Assembly (NCBI RefSeq): GCF_004010195.1
Contig: NC_057719.1
Location: forward strand, 29,426,822 to 29,490,821
From: Chiloscyllium plagiosum
Taxonomy: Eukaryota
Reading direction: 5' to 3'
DNA length: 64,000 nucleotides
Shown here: piece by piece, positions 24,990-37,551 of the stretch
Layout of the letters: every line of letters begins with the position of its first letter
How positions within the stretch are numbered: position 1 is the stretch's first letter
The notes under the pieces: generated by a model
The model's database searches: none
Told to the model about the DNA's origin: nothing
What the model saw: the letters and a program-made list of their open reading frames with translations, nothing else
Translations under genes and position numbers: made by a program

Positions 24990-25648
24990 GCTCCGTGCGT
25001 ATTGAAGCCCTGTGGCAGGAGTAATAGAGAGGGTCTAGGGGTTCAAAGTCAAGGTGGACCCAGACCCTTTACTCCTGGGTCTGGCGAATTTACCTCACTT
25101 AGATGTACATGGGAAAAAGCTTTTTAACATTCTCACTTTTTATGCGAGGAAGAACTTCTGATGTGTTGGGTGTCTGAGAATCCCCTGGGTCTGTTGGGGT
25201 GGTGTAAGTTAATTGTGGAACACATTCCTTTAGATCTTCCTTCTTATCTCTACGGTGCGCCAGAAAATGGACAACTTTTACAAGACATGGCAGCCCTTTT
25301 TGAAATACTTGGAAGCAGATCTGTCCACCGTTTTGATTAGGGCTTTTGTCTAGCCATGATGGTTTGGTCTGGCAAACCTAAGGCTGTGAGAGGAAGAATT
25401 TCAAACAAATGTGGGTTTAATAATTGAGGCTGTCTCAGGTTGAGAGCTGTGGTCTAGTTGCGCTGAGCAGTGTTATTTACTTGTATATTGATTTGTAATA
25501 AGTGCAGTTTTTATTTCTTTTGCAGAGTCGTATAGTAGTTGGTTTATTGTTTATTGTTGGTCTTGATGTTATGATGCTATATTTTCATGTTTCTGTAACT
25601 TTCTAATTTTGTAAAGAATAGTTTTTCAATAAAAGTATTTAAAAAAAA
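24990..25648 (+). mobile_element. L1/Tx1-clade LINE 3' fragment with poly(A) signal and A-tail
   Basis: ORF2 C-terminus-like KKLFNILTFYARKN...FYKTWQPFLKYL; AATAAA 25628-25633; A8 at 25641-25648. Confidence 0.7.
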
Positions 25649-26601
25649 GGACAGAGAACACAGTTTCCAAGTCTTTTACAAAACAAGCAAATGTGAAGTG
25701 AGAAAAACGTTTTTCCTCCAGTAAGTACTTTGGGGTTTGGAATACACTGCCTGGTAATATGATGGAGGCAGGTTTAATCAAGGCATTCAATGCATTGGAT
25801 GATTATTTAGATAGGAAAAAAATGAGCAGAGTTATGGGGAAAAGGCAGGAGTTGCTATTAAGTCAAAATGCTCTGTGGGCCAGCTCTGACATGATGGCCT
25901 GAAATGGCTTCCTTATGTGTGGAAAGATTCTGTGATCTACCAAGTTTTTGCTCACATGCTTCATCTGTATACATCCCTTTTGTAGCCTCTCCCCCTTCCC
26001 TTTTTGACAATTTATTTCCCAATTTATCTTGATACTGGTTATCATACATTTGATCCCCTCATCCAAATCATTGGTAGAGATTGAAAATGATTGAGGACCC
26101 AGCACTTAGCCCTCTGCCAATCCATTGGCAAACTGTGACTTATGACAAATGATCCATTTATCCTTGCTCTGTTCTTCCTAATACCTAAAGAATCCATTAT
26201 CCATGTTGCCCCTCCTGCAGGATGTGTTTTAATCTTTGTGGTATTTTTTCATGAAATGCCTTTTGGAAATCCAACTGTCGTACATCTACCATTTTGTTTC
26301 TCTATTGTAAATGTTCCTTCATCAAATACCCTAATAAATGAAACATGATTTCCCTTGCATAAAACTGTGATAGCTCTCTGATCACATGATATTCTTAGTA
26401 TCCTGCTATAACCTTCTTAATAAATTCAAGAAACTTTCCTTATGATAGATGTTTAGGGTAACTTGCCTGTAGTTTACTGCTTTCTGCATTCTTTTTCTGG
26501 GTAGCAGGTCATAGTTGATTTTATCCATTTATAATGAACGGTGCTAGTAGATTGGAAAATAGCAAACGTAACACCTATGCATAATTCTACATCTTTTCTA
26601 G

Positions 26602-26724
26602 GGATTTTTTAATTCCCTTCGACCAGAGCTTGCGAACTACCCAGGGATTATAATTAGCACTGTTTGTCCAGGACTGGTCCACTCTAATATTGTGAAAAAT
26701 GCATTTACCGAAGAGATAAATAAG
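26602..26724 (+). CDS. DHRS7: DHRS7 exon (human exon 5 equivalent)
   Basis: ttttctAG|GGATTTTTT...AATAAG|GTacag; 123 nt; GFFNSLRPELANYPGIIISTVCPGLVHSNIVKNAFTEEINK. Confidence 0.93.
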
Positions 26725-29700
26725 GTACAGTGAATGTTAATCACCAGAGTTACCAGTGCAATTTTACTAAGATTGTTCAAAGAATTGTTGTTTACACTTT
26801 TTTGTTATGAATGGGGTAAATCCCTCCCTGCTAATTTAAACCAGCCACACAGAAATGATTTAACCTGTGCTGGAATCTGTTAAAATTCGAGAGGCCAAGA
26901 ACTATCCCAAAGGTCACTATTTAAATTAAAAATTAACAACTTTTTAATTTAAAAGTCTTAACAGAGAACAATTAACAACACTGATTTACAACCCTTTTCT
27001 CTAACCTATCTTTTACTTTCCCTTCTATAATACTGGTCTGATAAAACCCCCAATTGAGATTTACCAAAAAATTCAAATTTTAAAACCAGCCAGCTGTCTA
27101 ATCTTCTCTTTGTATCTTCCTCTGTCTTATTTCCTTCTTAGGGTTTCTGTTTCACAAATCATTGATAGATAAAGAGAGCTATTCTGTGGGCAGTCTGTAT
27201 ATGTTGGTGGCTTGGTAGTTCTCCTCCAACTGTTCAATTTTTTTTTCCAGTTTTATACCCCAAAGCATCGGATCATTTCATTGGTTTTACTATTGTCAAA
27301 ATACTAAATTCAAACTTGATTGGAGTTTTGTATCTTGGGGCATAATTTAAACTGATTGGTCGAATTTGGATTTGTTTTTGTCTCATAGCAACCCAGGTAC
27401 TGCTAGCTGCTGGATCAAATGTTACATTGTAAATTCTCTAGCACTCTGTGTGCTTGCTAAGTCCTTCAACTCTCTTAAAGGTACAGTAGACCCACAACTT
27501 CAAAACACCTTCCCCCTTAAGAAAAATGAACCATCATAATGAAAAGATGGCTTCTTTTTTTTTTCAATTCTTTAACCATATTACCATAATATACACATAA
27601 CTTTAATCTAGGTTCACCTTAACATCTTCACATATATACATAACATTGAATATACAAATCTCACCTAAACATAATGCATCTGCGATTACATTCTTACGAC
27701 CTGCAACATGTATGATTTTTAAATTAAAAGTCTGTAATATAAGACTGCAATGAAATAATCTCATATTCTTGTCTTTAAAGCATTCTAAGAATGTAAGAGG
27801 ATTGTGATCCATGTATGCAACCGTCTCTGACACATTGTTCGTGACATGCATATTAAAATGTTGTAAGGCCAGTTCCAAACTCAATTGTTCTTTTTCGATT
27901 GTGGAGTATTTCCTCTGGTGGATGTTGAGTTTCTTTGAAAAGTAACCAGCTGGCAGTTCAATCCCATTCTCATCTTCCTGTAGCAGTACAGCTCCAAGTC
28001 CTATGTCACTAGCATCAATGGCGACTTTCAAAGATTTTGAAAAGTTTGGTTTGGCGGTCAATATTGATTTCAAGTGGTTGAATGCCTCCTGGCATTGTTC
28101 TGTCCACCGAAATTTTGTGTTCTTCAGCAAATTGATTAACAGTGCCACTACACTGCTGAAGTTTGGAACAAACTTCCAATAGAATCTGCTGAGTCCTAAG
28201 AATCAAAGCACCTCTTTCTTCAAGGTTGGTCATGGAAATTCCTCGATAGCCTTTGTCTTTGTGTTCTATGGGGTCAACTTTCCATGACTGATGTTATGTC
28301 CCAAGAATATCACTTCTGCTTTCACGAATTAGTTTTGTTTAATTTTATTATCAATTTTGTTTCTCGTAGTCATTCAAAGAGCTCTAGCAACTTTACCATG
28401 TGATCTTTCCAGGACTTAGTAAAGATCACTACATTGTCCAAATAGACTGCACAGTTTGTTAACCCAGCCACAACTCTGTTCATGAGTCTTTGAAATATGG
28501 CAGGTGCGTTCTTCATTCCAAATGGCATCACTTTAAATTGATATAGTCCATTTGGGGTTACAAACGCAGAAATTTCTTTCGCTGTCTCTGATAAAGGTAC
28601 CTGCCAGTAACCACACATTAAGTCCAACTTGGTGATGTAGCTGGCTTGTCCGACTTTCTCAATACCGTCCTCCAATGTAGGAATTGGATATGAGTCCAAT
28701 TTTGTAACGGCGTTGACTTTCCGATAATCCAAGCAGAATCGTTGAGTGCCGTCAGGCTTCGGAACTAAGCTGATCGGCGAACTCCGTTTGATTCGATGAT
28801 ACCCTTGTTGAGCATGGCCTCCACCTTCTCCTCGACCTGTCTGGCTTTGAAAGGATTAAGCCGATAGGGGTGTTGTTTTATCGGAGCCGTAATCCCTACG
28901 TTTACTTCATGTACAATAGCATTAGTCCTCCCCATCTGATTCTTACGTATGTCCTTATATTGTAGTAACAAATCTTTCAACTGCCTTCTATGCTCTGAAG
29001 ACAGATAGCTTACCAACCTAGCCCACTCCTCAAGGACTTCTTCATTTTTAAAATCTATTTTGAGGCACATCAAAATCCAAATAAGCTGGATTTGATTCCT
29101 CACTCTGCAGGACAGTAACTAACATCTGTTTCTCCAGTTCCTTCTCTCTCCTAGTTCTCTGGAGGGGACCTACACAATCAATTATAGCCCGCATGAAAGG
29201 TTCTTCAAAAATGTAAATTGGCAACAAAGGTGCTGGTTTTATTACCGCCTGTGACTTACCTACCATTTGACATGTTTGACATGTACAGCAAAATTTAACC
29301 ACATCCTTGTGTATTCCAGGCCAATAAAAATGTTTTTGTACCTTAGCCTGAGTCTTTCATATCCCTAGGTGACCGCTTATAGGTAGTTCATGTGCTACCC
29401 GTAATACTTCCTGTCTGTATGCTACTGGCAATACAATCAGTGTACTTTGGCCTGTTTCTCCTTTGCACTTAACCTGCTGTGGTCTTCGTTTCTGTCTTAG
29501 GATTCTATCTTTCAGATAATAACCTTCCGGAATATTCTCTGCCTCCTTTTTGGAGTATGCATCCAATTTTATATATTTTATTGTCTTGTCTTGCTGTTGC
29601 AAGTCACTTAGCCTTTTAGGACTAAACATTTCTGCCTGACCCTTTGCCTGTTCAGGTTTTCCCTGCACCATTACATCAAACAGGATATCCACTAACTGAA

Positions 29701-31472
29701 CTTCAACTCCTTCATCTTTATTTTTAGTTTTTTCTTCATGCTGTGACTTATGATAGTGAAATCTGTTTACTACATGGCCTGGGAAAATACCAGAATATTT
29801 CTGTTTTAACTCCTCAGTTTCTTGGTCTTCCTCGGGCTTCTCCTCAACAAGGGGTGTCACTCCCACCTTGGATCCTCCCAAATCATTGCCAAGAAGAAAG
29901 TGAATTCCTGGAACTGACACTCTGTCAGTCATTCCCACTCTAACTTCCGCAGTCTAGCGTTGGCACTCCAACCTGATCTTACATCGGGGAATGCTAAATT
30001 TCTGTCCATCTATCCTACAAATTACCACAGTCTCAGGTAACAGATCAGAAAGAGTGCATATTTGCTCATCCCTTACTATCAGTGACTGGTTAGATCTTGC
30101 ATCTCTCAAAATTATAACTTTTTGTTCTTCTCCCCCATTCTTTTTGAGTAAACTTTACCCGCAGAGGTGAATTCTTTACTAATTCGATACCCAGCCCCTG
30201 CCTAGGCTTTGCACTCTCCTGCAGCTCCTCGGCTCTTCTTGGGGTCTCCTACCTTCACTAATGGCACTGGCTTAGCTTCTTTTACCGCATCTTTTCCTAC
30301 ACTGCCTTTTTTTTAATGACCAGCAATGTGACTTTACGTGTCCCACTTTATCACCTCCTTTCCACCCTTCTGGGATTCTTTTTTATCCTGTGGTAAATTC
30401 TTACCAGTGTTCTCTACTCTTGGTTTAATAGGGTTTCATTCACAGGATGAAATTTTGGCTGGAAGCTTGTCTTATGCACCAACATGTATTTATCTCTAAT
30501 TCTGCTGCCCTTCTCACTTGCTGAACTTTCTGTTCCTCCACATGAATTCTTACCAATGGACGTGAAGTTTTAAACTCTCCAGCAGAATAATCTCTCATAG
30601 AGCCTCAAAGATCTTATCTATTTTTAAAGCATGCACCCATCTATCAAAATGACTATGTTTAATTCTTTCAGTCTCAACATAGGTCTGACCTGGTTTCTTC
30701 TTTGTGTTTCTGAACTGCTGTCTATATACTTCTGGTACCAATTCATAAGCACTTAAAATAGCCTGTTTAACCTCTTCATAATCTCTTGACCCCTCATCTG
30801 ACAGTGTGGCAAATACCTCACTAGCTATGTCTACCAGTTCAGTCTCAACTAGCATTACCCATAAATCCTCGGACACTCCATCTGCCAAGACAGTTTTTCA
30901 AATGAAATAAAGAAGGCTTCAACATCTTTCTCATCAAAATGTGGCAGAGTTTTGACATATTCATATATATCACTACCTTCTCTTTTAATCTCCATCCTGT
31001 TAACTTTACTTTGCCTAAAAAAATAATTTCTCAAGTTTAAATTCTCTCTTTCTTTGTCTCTCCCTTTCTTCTCTCTCTTTGCTCAGCAAAGAACCTTCTC
31101 TCTGTCTCTTTTTTCTTGTCTCTTTCTTCTCTCTCTTTCTCCTCTCTCTCTTTCTCTTCCCCTTTGTTTATCTTCTAACTTCATTTTCCTCAATTGTGAT
31201 TTAGATCTTTCTACGTCTACTGCATTTGTCTGTTTATCTGATACACCTAAGTGTTTAAGTAACACCCTAACAATTTGAACTTTACTTTTGTCCTTGGTTA
31301 AACCCAAATCTAACTTATTTGCTAATTGTAAAAGTATTGCCTTTTTCCTTCTTTCTAAACTTTCTTGGCAAATTTGAGAATCATCTTCAAATCCCTGAAC
31401 CTCTTTAGCAATTTTAAGAGCCATTTCTTTCACTTCTAATTTATCAACCACAAGTCACCAAAGTTAAACAAG

Positions 31473-31780
31473 TTACTTACAGTGTGGAAACAGGCCCTTC
31501 GGCCCAACAAGTCCAAACCGACCCACTGAAGCGCAACCCACCCAGACCCATTCCCCTACATTTACTCTTCACGTAACACTACGGTCAATTTAGCATAGCC
31601 AATTCACCTAACCTGCACATTTGTGGACTGTGGGAGGAAACCGGAGCACCCGAAGGAAACCCACGCAGACACAGGGAGAATGTGCAAACTCTACACAGTC
31701 AGTCGCCTGCGGTGGGAATTGAACCCGGGTCTCTGGCACTGTGAGGCAGCAGTGCTAACCACTTTGCCACCATGCCACCC
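31473..31780 (-). mobile_element. HE1-like V-SINE in the leader of Gmr1 copy 2
   Basis: A/B boxes, V-domain and tail as in the other copies. Confidence 0.9.
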
Positions 31781-32319
31781 ATTATTGGGCGCCTATGTTT
31801 TATTTAAAGATCTAGGACACTAACCTGCAAGTGTTTAAATCTGCTGGGGTTTTTGTACCTCCAGATCTACTCAAATCTGTCTAAACCAGTTCAAATGACA
31901 GACAAAAGCTTCCAAACTGTTAAGACACAGGGTAATCCCACCCCTGCTAGTTTAAACCAGCAACACAGAAATAATTTTAACCCGTGCTGTAATCTGTTAA
32001 AATTCAAGAGGCCACAAACTATCCCAAAGTCACCATTTACATTAAAAATTAACAACTTTTTATTTAAAAGACTAACAGAGATTAATTAACAACGATTTAC
32101 ACCTCCTTTCTCTAACCTACCTTTTACTTTCCCTCCTATTGTACTGGGCCGATAAAACTCCCGATTGAGATTTACCAAAAAATTCAAATTTCAAAATCAG
32201 CCAGCTGTTGAATCTTCTCTTTGTATCTTCCTCTGTCTTCTTTTCTTCTTCTTATGGTTATTGAATAGATAAAGGTACCGTTAAGAGAGCTATTCTGTGG
32301 GCAGTCTGCATATGTTGGT

Positions 32320-32504
32320 TTAAAAATGTGTTGCTGGAAAAGCGCAGCAAGTCAGGCAGCATCAAAGGAGAAGGAGAATCGATGTTTCGGGCATAAGCGA
32401 AACATTGATTCTCTTTCTCCTTTGATGCTGCCTGACCTGCTGCGCTTTTCCAGCAACACATTTTTAAGCTCTGATCCCCAGCATCTGCAGTCCTCACTTT
32501 CTCC
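32320..32504 (+). mobile_element. Fold-back PLE mini-insertion in the 5' LTR of copy 2, 14-bp TSD
   Basis: CTGCATATGTTGGT at 32306-32319 and 32504-32517; inverted arms meet within hammerhead stem II. Confidence 0.85.
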
Positions 32505-32899
32505 TGCATATGTTGGTGAATTGTTCAATTATTTTCCGGTTTTATACCCCAAAACATCGGATTGTTCCATTGATTTTAATATTATCAAAATACTAAATTT
32601 GAATTTGATTGGAGTTTTGTATCTTAGTGCATAATTTAAACTGATTGGCCGAATTTGAATTTGTTCTTGTCTCTTAGCAACCCAGATACTGCTAGCTGCT
32701 GGACCAAATGTTGCATTGTAAATTCTCCAGCACTCTCTGTGCTTGCTAAGTCCTTCAACTCTCTTAAAGGTTCGGTACCTCTCTACACCTTCAGAAAACT
32801 TTATTGCGAAAACTAAAAATGCATCCACTATTGTAATCATTTAAAGTGAAATTCATGCAATGAATATTGAGAGTTCAACATATTAGACTCAGTATCTTT

Positions 32900-34680
32900 G
32901 ATTTGATTACTATCACGTGTATCAAGGTACAGTGAAAAGTGTTGTCTTACGCGCTCTGTAGGCATATTGTACTATAGAAGTGCATCAGGGTAACAGAACA
33001 GAGTACAGGATACAAAGTTACAGCCGGCGAGAAGGTACAGAGATTAGCATTAATGAGGTCCATTCAAAAGTCTGGTTATACTGGGGAAGAAGCTGTTCTT
33101 TAATCAGTTCATATTTGTACACAAACTTATATGCCTTCAGCCCAATGGAAGAGAGTATATACAGGGTGGGAGGGGTCTTGAGTTATGTTGGTTGTTTTCC
33201 CAATTCTGCAGGAAGTATAGATGAAGTCAGAGGATGGAAGGCTGATTTGTATGATGGACTAGGCTGTGTCTACAACTCTAGTTTCCTTTGGTCTTGGGAA
33301 GAACAGTTGCCAGCTCTGATGCATCCAGATAGGATGCATTTTCTGGTACATTTATAAAAATTGGAAGTCTTTATGGACATTCTTGGACCTCCTGGGGAAG
33401 TAGAGGCGATGCTGTGCTTTCTTGATTGTAGCGTCAATTTGGGTGGACCAGAATAGGTTGTTGGTGATTGTCACTCCCAAAAACTTGACATTTTCGACCA
33501 TCTCCACCTCAGCACCACTGATACAGATGGGGAATGCCCCCCACTCTGCTTCCTGAAGTCAATGACCATCTCCACTTTGCAGACTTTGATGGAGAGATTG
33601 TTGTCTTTACATCATGCCTTTAAGCACTGTCTCTCCTTCCTGTACTCTGTCCCGTTGTTGTTTGAGATCCAACCAACAATGGTGGTGTCGTTAGCAAACT
33701 TGTAAATGGAGTTGGTGTGGAACTTGGCCACACGTGTGTGTGTGTGTAAGGAGAAAAGTTGGGTGCTGAGTAGATAGCTTTGTGGCGCTATTTTCTGTAT
33801 TGGGTCCTCAGACTTTAATTTCTGCTTGTAAGCCAGGAGGACCACAGCATTGTAGTCTGATTTTCCAAAATGCAGATGGGTAATGGAGCAGTAGGCATCT
33901 TTTATGGTTGTGTTGCAATGATCAAGGATGTCCAGTCCTCTAGTGGGACAAGATATGTGTTGGTGGAATCTTGCTAGCACATTCTTGAGGTTGAAAGAGG
34001 TAAAAACAATGACAGCAGATGCTGGAATCCAGATTCTGGATCAGTGGTGCTGGAAGAGCACAGCAATTCAGGCAGCATCCGAGGAGCAGCAAAATCGAAT
34101 GTCGATTTTGCTGCTCGTCGGATGCTGCCTGAATTGCTGTGCTCTCCCAGCACCACTGATCCATTCTTGAGGTTGGCCTGGTTAAAGCCGCAGACTACGA
34201 TGAACAAGGCATTGGGTATTCCAACTCAAGGCTGTTTATTTGTAGCACTGTATACTTCAAGTGCATTTTTCACTTCTGCATGAAATGGGGTGTAGACCGC
34301 TGTCATTGGAGGTGAACTTGTGCGGCAGATAGTATGGATGGTATTTCACTGTTAAATAATCTCAATCCAGGCAGCAGTGACTTGCTAAGCTCACCATGTT
34401 TGAGCAACCGGGAGATGTTGATATCAGGAGGCAGACTTCACCACACCTTACCTTGCCCGAGGATGCCAAGAGATCCATTCGGTGAATTGAGAAGCCTTCA
34501 GGTTGTAAGGTAGTCAGATGCAGCAAGGATGAGCCATGTCTCTGTGAAACAGAATGCACAGCAGACCCTCAATTCTCTTTGGAAAGTGAGTCTCGTTTTA
34601 AGTTCATCCATTTTGTTCTCAATAGCTTGGATTTTTTGCCAGGTGTATGCTGGGGAGGGAGGACTTGAAACCCTAAAGTT
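32900..34680 (-). mobile_element. Rex1/Babar-type LINE remnant
   Basis: HISCPTRGLDILDHC..IKDAY..HFGKSDYN..AYKQKLK and IYKFANDTTIVG; internally deleted. Ends approximate. Confidence 0.7.
33994..34161 (-). mobile_element. Fold-back PLE mini-insertion (second subfamily), 14-bp TSD
   Basis: CATTCTTGAGGTTG at 33980-33993 and 34162-34175; ~60-bp inverted arms. Confidence 0.82.
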
Positions 34681-34943
34681 TCAGTGTCACCTTTTATCTT
34701 GATGTTTATTGGAACAGAGAAGTAAAGTATTTTTCTTTTGGAGATATAAATGATAACTAGTTCTTTGTCTAATTGAGGGCACAGTGCCCAAATTTGATCT
34801 CATTTGAATTCTCTCCTTGGGGACAGCTTGTAAGCTGGACTAGTATGATTAAACAATCTGAATTTGGAAATCCTATAGCTTTTTCAGTTTACGTTTACAA
34901 TTATAATTGCTTGCAACATACTGTAGTTTTGCTTTTTTTTTAG

Positions 34944-35159
34944 CCTATATCTGACAACTCTGCACAAACCTGCAAAATGTCCACTGCACGCTGTGTCCAG
35001 CTGATGCTAGTTGGTATGGCAAATGAATTAAAGGAAATGTGGATTTCTGGGCAGCCACTTCTGCTTTATGTTTATTTGTGGCAGTATGCTCCCACCTTGG
35101 CCTGGTTAGTTGCAAACAAGATGTCTGTGAAAAGAATAAAAAACCTGAAAAGTGGACTG
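34944..35159 (+). CDS. DHRS7: DHRS7 exon (human exon 6 equivalent)
   Basis: tttttAG|CCTATA...GGACTG|GTaagt; 216 nt; PISDNSAQTCKMSTARCVQLMLVGMANELKEMWISGQPLLLYVYLWQYAPTLAWLVANKMSVKRIKNLKSGL. Confidence 0.94.
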
Positions 35160-35749
35160 GTAAGTACACTTTTGGAAAATGTAACCTGCTGATATTATTG
35201 TTACCTGTCAGTTGTCTGGACACATTATAATGCATGGCAAAATTTGCTAGCTTTTAAATGTACTCCTGGGTAATGCTATTATTTTTGAATTAAAGAAATT
35301 ATTGCATATAAATTTATGAAAACAATATCTTATTGCCATTGGTTAAGGGGACACCTTCTTTCTCCCTCCGTCCTCCCCTCCCTCTCCAGAGAGATATTAG
35401 AATGAATAAGTCTTTGCTAGATTGCAATGTGATTGCATGGTTTTTTTTGGTATCTCTGCAGATGTATAATTGACTTTAACAAGATTAAATGTTACACTTT
35501 ATTTTTGAGTTTACAATCTGTCATAGATGCATTAAGCTAAGTTTTAGATGTACATTTTTATGACTGGCATGAATGGAGACTAATTGTTGTACAAGTGCCT
35601 GAGCAGTTCACAAAGGCAGTGCTTCTACATTTAATTATAGATATGCATACTCCTTCCCAATAAGGTCACCTGAATTTTAAGAAGAACACTAGGATCCATG
35701 TTGGCAAAAGCTAAGGTTTTGCTCTCCTCAAGTTCATATTAAAGTTTAA

Positions 35750-36260
35750 GACTGTAAAACATAGGAGCAGAAATAGACCATTCAATCCATCAAGTCTATT
35801 TACCTTTCAGTAAGATTATGGTTGATTTAATAATCCTCAACATCACTTCCTTGCCCTTTTTCCCTATAACCCTGATTCACTTACTGATTAAAAATCTCTT
35901 AGCCTTTAATATAATCACACAGCTTTGACTGCCTTTAGCAGCAAAGAGCTCCGCTGAATCAACCCTCTGAAGAAATTTCTCCCTCTCTCTTTAAAATGCA
36001 ACCCTTTATTCTGAGATTGTGCCCTCTGGTCCTTGACACACTCTTACAAAGAGAAACAACTTTTCTACATCTACCTTGTAAATTCCCCTAAAATCTTGTA
36101 TATTTCAATAAGATTGCCTCTTATTCTTGTAAATTCCACTGAGTACAGGCCCAACCTATTAAAGACAGCCTGTCCATACCAGAGATCAGCCTAGTGAGCC
36201 TTGTCTGGACTGTGTCCAATGTAAGTATATCATTCCTTATATAAGAAACCCAAATTCTTC
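35750..36260 (-). mobile_element. CR1-type LINE 3' end
   Basis: Resembles the CR1 3' end at 1090-1700. Confidence 0.6.
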
Positions 36261-36274
36261 ATGTGCATGGGAAT

Positions 36275-37551
36275 TCATGTCTCATGAACTTGATTGAGTT
36301 TTTTTTAAGAAATAACAAAGAGGATTGATGAAAGTAGAGTGGTAGATGTGATCTATATGGACTTCAGTAAGGCATTTGACAAGATTCCTCATGGGAGACT
36401 GGTTAGCAAGGTTAGATCATATGGAATACAGGGAGAACTAGCCATTTGGATAGAGAACTAGCTCAAAGGTAGAAGACAGAGGGTGGTGGCAGAGGGTTGC
36501 TTTTCAGACTAAAGGCCTGTGACCAGTGGAGTGCCACAAGGATCGGTGCTGGGTCCACTGCCTTTCGTCATTTATATAAATGATGTGGATGTGAACATAG
36601 GAGGTCTAGATAGTAAGTTTGCAGGTGACACCAAAATTGGGGGTGTAGTGGACAGCGAAGAAGGTTACCTCAGAGTACAAAGGGATTTTGATCAGATGGG
36701 CCAATGGACTGAGGAGTGGCAGATGGAGTTTAATTTAGATAAACATGAGGTGCTGCATTTTGGAAAAGAAAATCAGACTAGGACTTATACACTTAATGGT
36801 AAAGTACTGGGGAGTGTTATTGAACAAAGAGACCTTGGAGTGCAGGTTCACAGTTTGTTGAAAGTAGAGTCACAGGTAGATAGGATAGTGAAGAAGGCTT
36901 TTGGTATTGATATAGTTTAGATTAGATTAGATTACTTACATTTGGAAACAGGCTGTTCGGCCCAACAAGTCCACACCGCCCCGCCGAAGCGCAACCCACC
37001 CATACCCCTTACCTAACACTACGGGCAATTTAGCATGGCCAATTCACCTGACCTGCACATTTTTGGACTGTGGGAGGAAACCGGATGCTTTCCTTTATTG
37101 GTCAGAGCATTGAGTATATGAGTTGGGAGGTCATGTTGCGGCTGTATAGGACATTGGTTAGGTCACTTTTGGAGTACTGCATGCAATTCTGGTCTCTTTC
37201 CTATCGGAAGGATATTGTGAAACTTAAAAGAATTCAGAAAAGATTTACAAGGATGTTGCTGGGGTTGAAGGATTTGAGCTTTAGGGAGATGGTGAATAGT
37301 CTGGGGCTGTTTTCCCCAGAACTTCGGAGGCTGAGGGGTGACCTTTAAGAGCTTTAAAAAATCATGAGGGGAATGGATAGTTGGGATAGTTCCCTGAGTT
37401 GGGAAAAGGACTTAGGTTTAGGGTGAGAGGGGAAAGATTTAAAAGGGACCTAAGGTGCAACATTTTCATACAGAGGGTGGTGCATGTATGGAATGAGCTG
37501 CCAGAAGAAATGGTGGAGGCTGGTACAATTGACAGCATTTAAAAGGCATCT
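36275..37551 (+). mobile_element. CR1 RT fragment containing a SINE piece
   Basis: DFSKAFD, SGVPQGSVLGP, SKFAGDTK, KRFTRML. Confidence 0.88.
36917..37084 (-). mobile_element. 5'-truncated HE1-like SINE
   Basis: (TCTAA)n tail plus part of the V-domain. Confidence 0.85.

Larger units (their letters stand above)
26803..32798 (-). mobile_element. Gmr1-like Gypsy LTR retrotransposon copy 2 (integrase core deleted)
   Basis: 3' LTR 26803-27507, PPT 27508-27518, 5' LTR 31918-~32798; gag 30595-31451; INT N-terminus 29160-29600; RT 28370-29103; RNase H 27603-28148. Confidence 0.92.
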
